NCBI GenBank assembly: GCA_013265495.1
Contig: MU057809.1
Location: forward strand, 558,001 to 622,000
From: Vicugna vicugna
Lineage: Eukaryota
Length of the DNA stretch: 64,000 nt
Reading direction: 5' to 3'
In this document: positions 43,681 to 55,640 of the stretch, piece after piece
Position numbering within the stretch: position 1 is the stretch's first letter
Layout: the number at the start of each line of letters is the position of its first letter
The notes under the pieces: model-generated
What the model saw: only the letters and a program-made list of their open reading frames with translations
Database searches by the model: none
Told to the model about the DNA's origin: nothing
Made by a program: the position numbers and the translations under genes

Positions 43681-45959
43681 AACCGGAAGCAAAACAGCGC
43701 AGCGGGGGCGGGGGGCGGGCAGGCGAGAGGGACCCGGCGCCTGCGCGGTGCCTCCTCCGCCCTCTCGCGGCGGGAGGCCGGCGGCGCCTGGCCGCTGCTG
43801 TCTACCTGGCGAGGGGGCGCTCTCACCGCCTCCTCCGGTGAGGCTGACCTTCCGCAGGGACGCGCCCAAGGACACGCAGCTAGGAAGGGCGGCCCCGGAT
43901 CCCAGTCCGCCCGTGCCGGACCTTCAGTGTCTTCTCCCGTCTGTGGGTCGAAGGCAGGCTCTGGGCCCCTGCGGTGGGGACCAGGAGGGAGTCCGCGGCC
44001 GCGAATGAACAGAGCTGGCAGCAGGGCAGGAGGGACGGGCCAGCTCCAGCCCAGCCCCCAGGGGGGACACGGGCCCTCACCGGGCAGGACCGGGGGCGTC
44101 GGTCCGGCCTCAGTTTGCTGGCCTGCGCAGTGGGTCACTGTGGTATCTACCAAGTCTGCTCGGTGGCAGAGGACATCACCCTCTGAGCGAGGGTCCACGC
44201 TGAGACCCTCACGGCCTCCTCTTCCTGGGGTCTTCACGCCGTCCTCAGGCTCTGCAGTCCCGGGGCCTCTGGCTGTAGTCCCACCTCCTCACCAGGAACA
44301 AGGAACAGGGCCAACGGCCCAGCCCACAGACCCGCCACTTGCAGCCAGTGGCCTCCTCTGAGGGGACCGCTGAGGGGTCCCTGCAGAGTGGTGGCCCCTT
44401 CACGGAGGAAGAGGCAATCACTTGTGACGGACGCAGCCCTCTCCTCGCAGACCAAGTGCTTCAGAAAGGCGGCGTCACGGAGAAACGAAGTCAGACACTA
44501 GCTAAACCTGGGAAGCAGATCTTATCCAGTGACCACTGCAGCGGGGGAAAGCACTGTCTTAAAGGCAGGAGAGGGAGAGGGAGAGGGAGAGGGCTCCGGG
44601 GAATGGGGCCGTGTGGCCAGCGCAGATGCGCTGGCGGCTGCCGGCAGCCACCAGTCAGGGGCCCAGCGCCCGGAGCCCAGGACAGGCCGTCCGCCTGAGG
44701 CTGGCGCTCAGAGGACGCCTGTGGTCCCTGAGAGAGACCCCCTGGTCGTAGGAGGAGAGGAGGGCGTCACAGCTGCCCGCCTTCTGGAACATGCTCTCAG
44801 GAGGGACGGGGCCTGTGTCAGGTGTTGGCCCAACCATCGGCAGATCCTCTTGGCCCCTGAGGGCTTTCCAGCTGGGAACCCAGAAGGGGGCTGGGGTCCC
44901 GGGACGTGGCCTCAGCTGGAAGCCCTGCGGGGTCGGTCAGGTCTCTCAGCGCAGGGTTGTGCTGAGAAGCCTCGCGGTTCTCAGCCCAGCCCTGGCCCGA
45001 GGAGGAGCCTTCCCTGACCGCCCCCCAGCACTCCCAGCTCCTCTGGCTGAGGCGGTGCCCCTGCGTCTCTGGTGGCCTCGGCTGCCCGCCTGGCACTGGG
45101 CGGGCCGTGGTCAGTCCTCCCTCGGCTGTAACGTCAGTTGCAGTCAGGGTGTTGGGGTCTAAGCAAAGGGTCTAAAGGCTCCCAGGGCATCTGCTGGAGC
45201 ACAGCCCCCACGGGACCCCCAACCCCAGAGAGACTGACACTGAGCTCCCCGGACAGGGCCAGTCAAGGCTCGGGGGGGAAGCAAGGGGGCTGAGGTGGGC
45301 TGGGCAGGGTCCCACCTGGGGTCCCTCTGTGAGCGGCCACTGGTGAGGGGGGCCCGCAGAGGCTCCCGCACCACAGGAGAGGGGCCTCACTTGGAGGCAG
45401 GAGCGCCCCCATGGCTGGTGGGGGCCATTCTGCCGCCGCAGGGGCAGGAAGGCGGTCGTGTGGGGATTGAATTAGAAAGCCCGTGAAGTGCCCAGCTGCC
45501 CTCCCTGCTGTGGTTGACTTTGTTGCTCGGAACCCCGGGGCCCCAGGAAACAGGCCACGAGGCCCTTAGAGGTGGTCAGCCCAGCCCCTGCTCTCAGCAG
45601 GGGGAGCAACTGAGGCCCAGGGCCGGGGGCTCAGAGCACAGGTCGCAGCCCCGGGGCTGTGGTCCCGCCCGGCCAGCAGAGCCCAGACTACAGGTCCTGA
45701 GGGAGTGGGTGGGGGCCAGGGGTCAGGGACAGCCTGCTGAGACCAGGGAAGGAGGGTCAGGGACTCAGCTGGGCTCCCCAGAGGCCGGAGGGAGGGACTA
45801 GACTCTCAGTTTTGCCTTCTTGGAGCTTGGACGCCTGGACCCCTCCGGCCCTGGTCAGCTCAGAGCTCCAGCCACCTGCCCCTGGGCCCCTAGGGGTGAC
45901 AAGGCCGAGAGCGGGAGGACACCTGCGGGGACAGAAGGGCCAGGTGTGGAAGCCCTAGC

Positions 45960-46245
45960 CCCTAGGGTGGCGGCATTAGGAGAGGTCCTTGCGGGTGCTT
46001 GGGTGGCGAGCGTGGCGCGGTGGGATTAGCGCCCTCAGAAGAAGTGTCTTCTCCCCGACCCCTTTCTTCTCTTCTCTCACTCTCCCTCTGCCCTGTGAAG
46101 ACCCACAGGAGGGCAGCTGTCTGCAAGACCAGAACAGGGCTCTCCAGGAGCCAGACTGGCCAGGACCTGGATCTGGGACGCCCAGCCTCCAGAACCGTGA
46201 GCAGTGAGCGTCTGCTGAGTAAGCCCTGTGTCTGGGCCACTTGGT
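45960..46245 (+). mobile_element. MLT1/MST (ERVL-MaLR) LTR
   Basis: gggattagcgccctc ... tgtgaagaccc ... tctgcaagacc ... cagcctccagaaccgtgag. Confidence 0.75.
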
Positions 46246-46639
46246 CGGACGAGCAGGAGCAGAGACCTTGCTGTCCCCCCAACCCTGAGTGCAGCTCATC
46301 TGCCTTGTGGGCAGGGAGGGGCCAGGGCATGAGGTTCCCAGGGCAGAGGCCACCGGAGGCATGACGGCAGGGGCCTCATAGGCTTCAAGCCACCGAGACT
46401 CAAGTCCCTGAATGTGGTCCCTGTCCCCCTCCCCGCTGCAGCCTCCGCCCGCTGGGGAACTCTGGGACCCCAGGGCCGGGCGGGCACAGAGCCGAGAGTA
46501 CTTGGTGACTGAAGACTCGAGAGTGACAGGTGAGCTCTTCACTGGGACAGAAAACGTCACTGTGGGGCCGGCTGGCTGACCCTGCGTTAGCACGGCCCCC
46601 CACCCCCGCCCCCCGCAGTCCCCTCCAGGGCTGTGGCCA

Positions 46640-47120
46640 AGAGCACGGAGCTGGTACTGGGACACATGCCTGCAGCCCACGCTCCCAGTGCGTCGGTCGT
46701 CGCGACAGCCAAGGGTGGGAGCAAGTGTCCATCAAGTGGTAGGTGGACGGCTCTGTAAGTCAGGGCACGTCACCCACGCAGCGGGATGAGGTCCGGCCGC
46801 CGGACGGAAGGAAGCACGGACACTCACTGCAGCCTGGACGGGCCTTGAAAACAAGGTGCTCAGTGAGAGAAGCCAGCTGCCGAAGGCCACGCCCCGTGTG
46901 GTTCCCTTTATGTGAGACGTCAGGAAGCGGTGGGGGGTGGCCCGGAGACAGAAGGCAGGTTAGTGGTCGAGGGGGCTGGAGGGAGATGGCGGTGCCTGCT
47001 CGTGGGCACGGGGTGTCTCTTGGGGCAATGGGAGTGTTCTGGAACTCAGTGGTGATGGACATAACTGAATATGCGAGAAGCCACTTTAAGAGGATGAACT
47101 TCGTGGTCTCTGAGTTGTTT
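46640..47120 (+). mobile_element. Old L1M 3' end
   Basis: caagtgtccatcaag ... ccttgaaaacaaggtgctcagtgagagaagcc ... gaactcagtggtgatgg. Confidence 0.75.
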
Positions 47121-47124
47121 GTTT

Positions 47125-47525
47125 TTAAATTTTTATTGAGGTGTAATTGACTGACAGTATTAGTTTCAGGTGCACAGCAAAGCGCTCAGTTGTGCGCGTT
47201 CAGGGTCTCTTGCCTCACAGGCTCCTGCAGGTGCTGAGCGCGCTCCTGCGCTGTGCGGGAGGTCCTTGCTGTTCACCTTACGTACAGCAGCGTGCCTCTG
47301 TCGGTTTGTGGGTTCTGCCTCAGTAAAGCTGTTATGGATGAAGGTGTGGGTGGGGGAGTGTTGTGCAGGGGGTTTTGGCAGAAAGTAATCTTTACACTTT
47401 TTCCATTGTTACTGATGTGTAACTGATAAATGCTAGTGTTTAAGGTGTAGGAGGCGAGTTTGTGCTACACACACACATTGTGAAGTGACCCCCACAGCCC
47501 AGCGAATTAACATTTCCTTCACCAT
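47125..47525 (-). mobile_element. L1 3' end fragments
   Basis: ttttattgaggtgtaattga ... tagtttcaggtgcacagcaaag. Confidence 0.65.
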
Positions 47526-47539
47526 TTGGATGGTCAAGC

Positions 47540-47820
47540 ACCCCATATCCATAGGAACCACATTCACAGATTTAACCAACCACAGACCAAAAAATATTTG
47601 AAAAAATTTCCAGAAAGTTCCAAAAAGCAAGACTTGAATCTGCTGCGTGCCGGCGACTCTTCTCGGAGCACTTACGCCGTGTTAGGTGTCATGAGTGATC
47701 CAGAGATGAATTAAAGCGCGGGGGGTCGTGGGGATCACGTGCGAACATCACACCGTTTTATGTAAGAGCCTTGAGCCTCTGGTATCCTGGGGGGCAGTGT
47801 GGGGGGTCGTGGATACAGAG
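47540..47820 (+). mobile_element. Tigger4/Zombi-like DNA transposon fragment
   Basis: cagatttaaccaacc ... aaaatatttgaaaaaatttccagaaagttccaaaaagcaagacttgaat. Confidence 0.65.
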
Positions 47821-48199
47821 TAGCTGTATTTTTGAAACATGATCTCACAATCCTGGAGACCCCTGATGTCGAGAGGCGGGGTCTCTAATGGCTCCCCCTG
47901 AATCTGGTGCCTGTGGGTACTTGGCCCCAGAACACAGCACACAAGACGCTGTGCCTGTTTCTGGGCTTCCAGGACTGGCAGCTTCTACTTCCTGTCTCTG
48001 GGGATGGTGGCACTTGCAACCCAGCCACCCCATGGAGAGGCCAGGTAGAGAAGAGCTGAGGCCCAACTTCCCCCCCCAGCACCCACCCACAGCCACCATG
48101 GAGCGCGCCGTCTGGGAAGCTATCCCACCCAGTGCCACGAGGAGCAGACAACCCTGCCCACACTGCAGACTTGGGAGCAAATGATGATGCTGTGACTGT

Positions 48200-49400
48200 A
48201 AGTCACGGAGATTTAAAAAACCTTTTTTGGACAGAAATTCAAACTTGTGGAAAATGTGCGAGAACAGTACAAAGAATTCCCATGTACCCTTCACCCTGCG
48301 CCCCAAAGGTTGACTTCTTACTGTCTTTGTTTTACCTGTTTCTCTCTGTTCCAATTTTTCTTCCTAAACCATTTAAGAATAAGTTACAGAAGATTCCAAT
48401 TGGTTCCTAAATACTTGAGTGTATGTTTTCTAAAAACAAGGAATTCTCTTACATAACAACAGTTCAACTATCAAATCAAGAAATTAACATCAAAATAATG
48501 CTCTTCATTAGTCTAAGGTCCCGTTGGGACTTTGCCAGTTGTTCCAGTAGCATCTGTCCTGACGGGAGACATCCAGGATCCTGCAACGCCTTCTGTTGCC
48601 CTGCCTCCTGGGGGCCCTTCCATCTAGAACCGTCCCTGAGTCCTCCTTGGTCGTTCACAACCTTGACAGCGTGGAACCGTCCAGGTCTGTTATTTTGCAG
48701 AATTCCTGTCGATTCAGATTTGTCCAGTACAGCCTCACAAGTTAGTCCAGGTTATGCACTTTTGGCAGGAATACCATGGTGATGCTACATTCTTCTCATT
48801 ACATCTTATCAGTAGGTACATGATGTTAACTTATCCCGTTATGGACAAAGTTAGTTTGATTATTTGGTTAAGGTGGTGCCTGCTGGATTTCTCCTTTCTC
48901 AGGTTACCATTTTGCCTTTGTAGCAAAGAAGTGCATTAAAAGTAAGCTTTGAGACTGGGTAAATGTTTCTTCCCCCACAAATTTGCTCTTCAGCTCCCTG
49001 GTCAGCTCGTGCTGGAATAAGTGATGATGGTGGTGATGATGGTGATGGTGGTGATGATGGTGGTGATGGTGGTGATGGTGGTGATGACTGGCAAGAGGTG
49101 TTCTTCTTCTCATTTCTTCCATGTTTCTCAGCTGGCATTCTGATGCCCCTTCTGCAACAGGAAGAGCAGTAGTGTCTTTTGCATTTATTCATTTTTTCCC
49201 ATCAGTTTGGACTCATGGCTTCTTTCTTTATTCAGCAGAATATCTTCCTTTACTATGGTTATTTATGTGATGCTCAGATTTCCTAGATTTAATCAGTAGG
49301 GGCCCCATCAAGCTGGTTCCTGTCTTCTCTTGACAGGACTCCATCATTCTTTAAACACTTCCTCGCTTCCCCTACATCTTACTTTTCAGAGTCACCAAAT
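48200..49400 (-). mobile_element. Old L1M fragment
   Basis: gaacagtacaaagaattcccatgtacccttcacc and long AT-rich L1-like continuation. Confidence 0.7.
49020..49087. repeat. (GAT/GGT)n compound trinucleotide repeat
   Basis: Read directly; lies inside an old L1 fragment. Confidence 0.95.
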
Positions 49401-51059
49401 GTTGAGGTTGTTTGTTACACAAGAATAAATAACTGCTACAGATGGCTGGGCAGGAGGGTGGAGAAGAAGAGTGAACGATGGAGAAGGGTTGAGGGGGGAG
49501 GAGTGTCAGTGAGTGAAGAGTGGAACCCACCGCCTAAAAGGGGAAGACCAGCATGGGGAGGACAGATGGGTGGAGGGACACGGGGGTGGGCGGACAGCCA
49601 GGGGGTGAGTTTGGGTGGGGGCATCAAGAAATGCCCCCTCTGCATCAGGCTCCCGGCAGCCTCCCCAGCCTGCCCCATCAAGGCTTCCCCTGCTAGTGCT
49701 GGGCAGACCCTCTTTTCAGACCTTCCAGTGGGAGCTGGGCTGCCAGCTGCCGCAGACAGCAGGGTTCTAGGAAGCAGTGGGAAGGCAGCCATCAAACCAG
49801 GGCCAGATTCCAGCGAAGACTGCCCAGTGCCTGCCTTCCTCTGGGGTCCTCCAGCTGACTCTCGTGCAGTGTGAACGCATGCCCATTGTGGGGAACGGGG
49901 CACTTCTAGCAGGAGCCACCATTCTGTGAGCTGTGCCAACCTCTGACCCAGCCACTGCTCTAAGGATTTGACCCTAAATGTGCAGAAATGCAGGCCCCAG
50001 GTTGACCCTTTCGGAGGACCAGTGTCCAGCAACCTGGACTGCTCAGTGCAGCCATGAGGCATCCAGACAACACACTTCTCAGAAGCTGCTGTGAAAAGAC
50101 CAACCAAACGGACCCTTCTGTGGTGAAACTGCACAATCATGGCTCAGGGAAAGAAGCTGTCCGTGCACCAGGACGTAGGAAGTGACCACATCTCTCTAAA
50201 AGTAGAAAAAGTCTGGAAAGAAATACGCCCAGTGGTCTCCATGGTTACAGGGGAGGGCCGGCAGCGCAAGGCACCCTCTCTGTGTGGTTCATTTTTGTGA
50301 TTGTGTGAGTGTCCCAGAAAAAAACTTTCCACTGGGGACTGAAGAAGAGTGTGTTTACCCAGGGCGGGGAGGCTGTCATGGGACCCTCCCACAGAGGCCA
50401 CCTGGGTCCCAGTCTCCCTTTCTGTCCCAGGACGGGACAGGCACAGTCCAGCCTGGCATTTGCAGCATTGGCCCTTCCTTGGAATGTGTTCTCCATTTTC
50501 TTTCTCGCTGGACAACCTCTTCTTCCTTCAAAACCCAGCCTCCCAGCTTCATCCCTTCCTCCGTGAAGCCCTCTGGGGTTCCCCTTCCAGGGCAGGCTGT
50601 GTCCACTCTCCTGCCAGTGCCCTCCCCTGGGCCACCTGTGCACCAGTGTGGCTGCGCTCAAGGGGAGTGCCCCCCAGGGACCATGCAAGGCCCTTGCAGA
50701 ACAAAGCTGGCCTGCCTGACCATTCTGGATGAGCCCCAGATGCTGGGGTCGGGGTCCTGGAGGCTGGAGGTTGAGGGGTAGGTGGACATATCTTTCCCTT
50801 GCGGGTCCCGGGGCACAGCAGCCCAGGGTCTCAGATGCTCAGATGCGTGGGCCTCATTGGAGGACTGTCCCCCACAGTGCTGCCCGTCCACCCAGCCAGT
50901 TGGCCACGCCTGGTCCAAGACAGAGGAGGAGGCTGCAGAGGGGTGAGGAGGGGCCGCTAAGGCAGCCCACGCAGAGCTCTGAGTCCATGGGCCCCAGCGC
51001 AGGCCCAGGAATATGCATCCCTCAGGCTCCCCAAAGACGCAGGTGTCTCCAGACCTCCC

Positions 51060-51440
51060 CAAGTCCCCCGGCATCAGCTTCCTGCGGAAACACCACAGGT
51101 CGGGTGGCTAAACCAGACACCACTCCCACGGTCCTGGAGGCTGGAAGTCCAAGGTCAGGTGTCAAGGGGCCGCACTCCCACAGAGGCCCTAAGGGAGGGT
51201 CCCTCCTGCCTCTTCCAGCTCCTAGCGGTTCTGGGCTCCTGGGCTGGTGGCCACGTTCTCTGTCTCTGCCGCCAGCTCCCCGGGCCTCCTCTCTCTGTGT
51301 GTCTCTTTTCTCCCAGTGGGTTTTGGGCCCACCCTAATCCAGGATGAGCTCAGTTGAGATCCTTACCTGAATTACATCCTCAAGGAGCGCACTTCCCAAA
51401 GTCCATCCTGAGGGTCCGGGTGGACATGTTTGGCGGCCTC
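51060..51440 (-). mobile_element. MLT1 (ERVL-MaLR) LTR
   Basis: cctggaggctggaagtccaagg ... gggcccaccctaatccaggatg ... aattacatc. Confidence 0.8.
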
Positions 51441-53939
51441 CCTTTAGCCCACGGCAGCTGCATACCGAGGACCCCAGTATGCGTGACCTGCCGCTCTCCC
51501 TCCCACTCCGTCCCAGCACCTGCCTCTGGTCTCAGGGCCTCGGCTTGTGCTATTTCTGTGCCAGGAACCCCCACCCTTGCCCCCAGAACCATGGCCTTGC
51601 CCCCACTGGGTCTGCCCTGCCCTTGGAAACCTCCTTAGGAACCCTCGCCCCGCCCCCAGGTCCCGTCGCTTACCTGTTTGCTCCTCCCATCTGGCCTGTC
51701 TCCCCCTGCCTGACATGCGCCCCCGCTGCTCCCGGGCTGTGTGTCTCCTGCTGGCTCAGCGCAGCAGGCTCCGCTCAGTCAGCGTGGCGGGATGTGCGGA
51801 CATGCAGTGCGTAAGGCCCTGGGGCCTAGGGAGACCGCGGAGGAGAAGCGTAATGATCACATTCAGCCTGGAGGGATGTGTCTGGGCAGGCAAGCCCAGG
51901 CCTCTGGGCTCCACAGTCCCAGGTCACCTTTGCTGTGACCCAGGGCCTCCACAAGAACCCTGGCCTCCAGGCCCTGACCTGCTGACCGCGTGTAGGGGCC
52001 GCACCTCCGATGGGCCCCCAGGCTCTGCAGAGGGAAGCTGCGGATGCCAGGGGCTGAGTGGCCAGCAGGTGGGGGACAGAGGTGAGAGGGGCCTGCCCAG
52101 GCCCCGAGGGGGGAAGGGTGAGGTAGGCGGGCTGCCGCAGCATGTGGTTTAACGGCCTCTGGGCCAGGAAGCAGCTGCTCCCGTCTGCAGGCCTGAGCTC
52201 CAGAGCTGGGCTCCAACCTGCGTCACGTCTCCTGGGTTTAGGCCTCCTCGGCTGGGTCAGGGTCCCTGGCCCAGCCAGGCCTGGCCCTTCCCAGCACTCC
52301 CAGTGTGGGGAGCATGAGATGAGGCACCCTGGGGAGCGACCACAGGGGGCTGGGGGCCAGTGGGCTCCCAACTACCTTGCCTGCTAAATTTAGAAGCCGC
52401 CTTATTCGCGTGGCAGCCCCACCAGCCCGGTGCCTGACTAGGCTTCAGCTCTGAGTCAGGGGCCATGGGCACTCGGATGACCACGTCCCAGGCAGGGGCA
52501 GCTGGGAGCCCACTGACATGCAAGCGGAGGTCTTGGGAATTCTCTCGGCTAACAAACATTCCCAGACAGAGCGTTTGATGCTGGAAGCCACCCGTGGGAC
52601 GCCGCCGTGGTGAGGCCTGCGCAGGGCTGGGTGACGATGACTCCTTGCCCAGGGCCTGCAGCCATCTCCTGAGAGCGGACATCCGAGACCCTGGCCAGCG
52701 AGCGGAACCACCAGGGAGGCTGCCTTTGGCCGGAGGTGGGGAAGCACTTTCCAACAATTGTCCGAAAATAGAACGGGCCCGCTCCCGAGGAAATGAGCCC
52801 CTGTCACGGGAAGGGAGCAAGTGGGAGCAGGGAGCCTGCTGAGCAGGGAGGGGCTCCAGGCCTCCGACCCCTAGAGGCCCCGGGCCCTCAGTTTCTCCCT
52901 CTCACACCCCGAAGGCTTGAGGGGTGGGGCAGAGAGGGCAGGCCCTGGCGCAGGCCTGGCCCCAGCGTGCTGCCTGGAGGAGGGGCTCACTTCCTCCCTG
53001 GACCCTGGTGTGCCAGCAGAGATCAGATGGGGTGGGAGCCGATGTCCCATCTCGGCCGCAGGGCCCCTCTCCGTTCAGTTCGGGTCGAAGGCCGGTCACA
53101 CTCCGCCGTCGCTGGGCTCAGCAGCCCCCACCCTGAGCACCTAGGCCCCCGGGGCCAGGCTGGGGAGCCCAGAGCCCACCTCTGGTGGAAAGCAGGAAGA
53201 CGGAATCACAGTCCTCCTGGTGACATGCTGTGGCTTCCACGCCTTCGAGAGGCTTCCAGGGGGCAGGAGGCTCGTGTCAACCCTGGAGAGCCGGGCGGAG
53301 AGAAGCTGGGTGCCCCTGATCCCTCTGCCTGGCCCGCCTCTGTGGCATCCTGGGGTTCCAGGGAATATAGTTGGAGAACCAGGGCAAGGGGCCGTGGACT
53401 AAGGCATAGGGAGCCCCAGGCCCAGCTCCACCTCCCCGCCACCCAGCACCTCGGCAGATTCCAAGGTCTCCCAGGAATGGCTGAGGCTGGGTTTCCTCGT
53501 TAAGGAGGCTGGTGGCAGCCCCAGGGGCACCAGGGACCAGTTGGCATGGTAGGGGGAGGAGGGCTGAGGTCAAGGGCTGGTGGGGCAGGGGTCACAGCCG
53601 ACATCAGGGGGACTGTGATGGGGCCTGGGTGGGGAGGGTCTCTTCGCCAGGCACAGTGCTTCCTCTGGGGGCAGCAGACCAAGACCCTCCATCTTTCTCC
53701 CCTCCTAGGGCTAAGTGGGGTGGGAAGGGGTGAGGACACCGAAACAGTGCCCCCTGCGCCTCCCTGCCTGTCCTGGGCAGCCCTGACGCCACCTCTTCCG
53801 TCTCGCTGTCCCTACACACCATCAGAATCCCCCCCACACTGTCGGGGGGTCCACGAGGTTTTGTTTCCTGTTTCAGCTGGTTCAAGTTCCCTGCAAAGAC
53901 CACGTATTAGGTTTAAAATTAGAGACACACCTTCATGCA

Positions 53940-54058
53940 CTTTTTTTCCTTCCTTTTCTTTTCTTCCTTAATGGAGGTACCAGGGATTGAACCGAGGATT
54001 GAACCGAGGACTTTGTGCATGCTAAGCACGTGCTCCACCTCTGGGCTCTACCCACCCT
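53940..54058 (-). mobile_element. tRNA-derived SINE (camelid Vic-1-like) with duplicated B-box
   Basis: Reverse strand reads gtgcttagcatgcacaaagtcctcggttcaatcctcggttcaatccctggtacctcc plus A-rich tail. Confidence 0.8.
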
Positions 54059-54559
54059 CACACACTTTTCTTAAAAGTAAATACGTGTAAATAAATGTCC
54101 TAGAGATTCTAACCCGCACCCTAGCCGCACTTTTTCCAGTCAATGCTTTTCTTCAGTTAGCACCCTCACGAATGCACAGTATGTCATGGGTTCGAAATTT
54201 TGGCTCAGAAATCAGGGTTGGGGCAGATTTTCCCAGGTTGGGACGGATGTTCCCAGGCTGAGGAAAGGCCGGGGGAGGGAGAGGAGGGCCCAGCCCCCAG
54301 GCACTCAGATCACTGATCATTCACAGCCTGAATTTATTCACAAGGAGGCTTGGTCGGGCGGACTGGGCTCAGCTGGGCGGTTCTTGGGGGTGAGGGTGGG
54401 GCAGGGAGGGCAGGTGCAGATGGAGCTGGGGGCTGGGTGGGGGGCATCCGCGTGGCCCGCTGTGCTCAGTGCTGCGTGGGCTGGGCCCTCGGCAGGGACA
54501 CTGGGACGTGGCACGAGCTCCCTCACGGCATGGCCCCACGTGCCCAGGTCAGGAGCCGC

Positions 54560-54716
54560 AGGGACACAGCTGGGCTGGAGCCACACTGCTGCTCCACACG
54601 ACACGGTGAGAGGGACTCATGCACCGCTGTGCTGGACACCAGCAACTAACACAGCATAGTCAATCAACTACACGTCAATTAAAACACTTGCAAGGTTTTT
54701 AAATAAAAAAATAAAG
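54560..54716 (+). mobile_element. L1 3' end with A-rich tail
   Basis: gctggacaccagcaactaacacagcatagtcaatcaactacacgtcaattaaaa. Confidence 0.7.
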
Positions 54717-54719
54717 CGG

Positions 54720-55640
54720 GGTTTGGTCCTCTGTGCTTGGCTCTCCGTGGCCGACAGTCCGTCCGGGGTTCCCGGCACAGAGCTCCCAGAGCCCTTGGCG
54801 CTTCCTGATGGATAGCGGTGTCTTGTTATTCCCAAGAAGCCTTTTTTTTTTTTTTACATTGTTTTTTAACTGTTTTTTTTAAAGGAGGTACTGGGATTGA
54901 ACCCAGGACCCCATGCGTGCTAAGGCGGGCTCTTCCCCTGAGCAGTACCCTCCCCCAACAACAAGCCCCTTTCAACCACACCTGAGTTTATGCTAACAGG
55001 TGACTCAGGGCAGCGGCTGGGGCCCAGACAGCTCCAGGCTGAGGGGCCGGGTCACCAGAGGAACCAACCACACGATGAGAGACTGCACCCCACCCACCCA
55101 CTCAGGGCTCCGTGGGGGGGCACCTGGAGACTGAGCCCAATCGTCAGTGGCCAGTGACTGAATCACAAGTGCCTGCGTAGTGACTGATGAAAAGTCTCAA
55201 GGGATAAGTTCTGAGAGCTTCCGGGCTGGTGAGCATGTCCATGTGGGGAGACGGCGTGATGCTCTGCAGCCCCCGCCCCTCCTCTGCCGACACCTCACCC
55301 TCAGCCTCCCTTCCGAAGGGCGGTTCTGGAGCTGCAGCCTCTACGATGCAACCGTCCTCCGGGGGACGATGCCTTCCCGAGTTCTGCGCTTTGCTCTGTC
55401 ATGGTGGCTTGTTGAACCTGCGGTAGGGGTCAAGGGAACTCCCCAACTTGTAGTCGGCCAGTAGAAGTGTGGTTAGCCTGGGGACCTGGGACTTGGAGCG
55501 AGCCTGGGGGGCGACCTCGGGGGCCGAAGCCCTCACCTGTGCGCTGGCTCTGGGAGCTAGGGGCAGAACTGGTTGAATCGCAGGACACCCAGCTGGGGCC
55601 GGAGACCCGGAGGGCTGGTTGGCATTTGGAAAAACCAAAC
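54720..55640 (+). mobile_element. MER21-like ERV LTR interrupted by a SINE
   Basis: ccacacctgagtttatgcta ... gagagcttccgggctggtgagc ... ttgaacctg ... ggacacccagctgg. Confidence 0.6.
54842..54956 (-). mobile_element. tRNA-derived SINE (Vic-1-like)
   Basis: poly-T, ggaggtactgggattgaacccaggacc ... taccctccccc. Confidence 0.8.

Larger units (their letters stand above)
43170..44110 (-). promoter_or_regulatory. INTS1: INTS1 CpG-island promoter (ETS/GABPA + GC boxes)
   Basis: Dense CpG; inverted ETS pair ACTTCCGG 43670-43677 and ACCGGAAG 43682-43689; GGGGCGGGGGGCGGG GC boxes near 43706; housekeeping architecture. Confidence 0.88.

Noticed and set aside
48904-49122. ORF with a very long poly-His tract (and the Asp/Gly-rich opposite ORF)
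   Set aside because: Translation of a (GAT/GGT)n microsatellite inside an old L1; no splice or promoter context
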